From positions 66,094,001 through 66,158,000 of the forward strand of contig NC_086108.1 of assembly GCF_963921235.1 (NCBI RefSeq): a stretch of 64,000 nucleotides of DNA. Direction: 5' to 3'. Made by a program: the position numbers and the translations under genes. Source of the DNA: Mobula hypostoma. Lineage: Eukaryota. A model generated the notes under the pieces. It was not told the origin of the DNA, did no database searches, and worked only from the letters and a program-made list of their open reading frames with translations. Below, piece after piece: positions 62,680-64,000 of the stretch. Position 1 is the stretch's first letter; each line of letters starts with the position of its first letter.

Positions 62680-64000
62680 TAACCATATAACCATATAACA
62701 ATTACAGCACGGAAACAGGCCATCTCAACCCTTTTAGTCCATGCTGAACTCTTACTCTCATCTAGTTCCACCGACCTGCACTCAGCCCATAACTCTCCAT
62801 TCCTTTCCTGTCCATATAGTTGTCCAATTTAACTTTAAATGACAACATCGAACCTGCCTCAACCACTTCTGCTGGAAGCTCGTTCCACACAGCTACCACT
62901 CTCTGAGTGAAGAAGTTCCCCCTCATGTTACCCCTAAACTTTTGCCCTTTAACTCTCAACTCATGTCCTCTTGTTTGAATCTCCCCCACTCTCAATGGAA
63001 AAAGCCTATCCACATCAACTCTATCAATCCCCCTTATAATTTCAAACACCTCTATCAAGTCCCCCCTCAACCTTCTATGCTCCAGAGAATAAAGACCTAA
63101 CTTGTTCAACCTTTCTCTGTAACTTAGGAGATGAAACCCAGGCAACATTTTAGTAAACCTCCTCTGTATTCTCTCAATTTTATTGACATCTTTCCTATAA
63201 TTTGGTGACCAGAACTGTACACAATACTCCAAATTTGGCCTTACCAATGCCTTAGACAATTTCAACATTACATCCCAACTCCTATACTCAATGTTCTGAT
63301 TAATAAAGGCCAGTAGGCCGAAAGCTTTCTTCACCGCCCTATCCACATGAGATTCCACCTTCAGGGAACTATGCACCATTATTCCTAGATCCCTCTGTTC
63401 TACAGCATTCTTCAATGCCCTACCATTTACCATGTATGTCCTATTTTGATTAGTCCTGCCAAAATGTAGCACCTCACATTTTTCAGCATTAAACTCCATC
63501 TGCCATCTTTCAGCCCACTCTTCTAACTGGCTTAAATCTCTCTGCAAGCTTTGAAAACCTACTTCATTATCCACAGCGCCACCTATCTTAGTGTCATCTG
63601 CATATTTACTAATCCAATTTACCACCCCATCATCCAGATCATTAATATATATGACAAACAACATTGGACCCAGTACAGATCCCTGAGGCACACCGCTACA
63701 CACCGTCCTCCAATCTGACACACAGTTATCCACCACTACTCTCTGGCGTCTCCCATCTAGCCACTGCTGAATCCATTTTACTACTTCGGTATTAATGCCT
63801 AACGATTGAATCTTCTTAACTAAGCTTCCGTGTGGAATCTTGTCAAAGGCTTTACTGAAGTCCATATAGACAACATCCACCGGTTTACCTTCGTCAACTT
63901 TCTTAGTAACCTCATCAAAAAATTCAATAAGATTTGTCAAACATGACCTTCCACGCACAAATCCATGTTGACTGTTCTTAATCAGACCCTGTCTATCCAG
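62680..64000 (-). mobile_element. Young CR1 LINE 3' part, runs off the window end
   Basis: Short tandem tail (TTATATGG)n near 62680-62700; open RT frame. Confidence 0.92.
62762..64000 (-). CDS. CR1 ORF2 reverse transcriptase (partial, uninterrupted)
   Basis: At least 398 open codons with DFSKAFD, SGVPQGSVLGP, YADDTK and LEYCVQFW. Confidence 0.85.
   Translation of the reverse strand: MDRQGLIKNSQHGFVRGRSCLTNLIEFFDEVTKKVDEGKPVDVVYMDFSKAFDKIPHGSLVKKIQSLGINTEVVKWIQQWLDGRRQRVVVDNCVSDWRTVCSGVPQGSVLGPMLFVIYINDLDDGVVNWISKYADDTKIGGAVDNEVGFQSLQRDLSQLEEWAERWQMEFNAEKCEVLHFGRTNQNRTYMVNGRALKNAVEQRDLGIMVHSSLKVESHVDRAVKKAFGLLAFINQNIEYRSWDVMLKLSKALVRPNLEYCVQFWSPNYRKDVNKIERIQRRFTKMLPGFHLLSYRERLNKLGLYSLEHRRLRGDLIEVFEIIRGIDRVDVDRLFPLRVGEIQTRGHELRVKGQKFRGNMRGNFFTQRVVAVWNELPAEVVEAGSMLSFKVKLDNYMDRKGMESYGLSAGRWN

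Overview
Vertebrate genomic DNA; the repeat repertoire suggests a cartilaginous fish, probably a ray (inference). There is one host gene, an intact single-exon foxd2 (29972-31030, +). It lies in a ~19 kb TE-poor, CpG-retaining domain (~25.5-44.3 kb) with a CTCF-like site near its left edge. Upstream (4.6-24.2 kb) is a deeply nested transposon pile. An old Penelope-like element (PLE) was entered by a tRNA-Thr-primed Gypsy element A (6469-21405, -). A was entered by a full-length, decayed sushi/chromovirus Gypsy B (10161-17322, +), which still shows a Tf1-type self-priming site and a frameshift pseudoknot. A third, deleted Gypsy C (21408-24157, -) carries a piggyBac-like MITE in its LTR. Six insertions of a recent Neptune-like PLE family with minimal hammerhead motifs lie inside A and B. 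Five have 8-17 bp target-site duplications and variable, microhomology-joined 3' ends; they include a near-perfect fold-back copy and an RT-less deletion derivative. A seventh, only 23 bp long, lies downstream of foxd2. Older fold-back elements with the same architecture occur at 39.8 and 51.9 kb. The right third is ordinary CR1, Rex/Babar, RTE, Hero, SINE and PLE debris, ending in a young CR1 with an open RT frame. All identities were estimated by eye; no searches were run.
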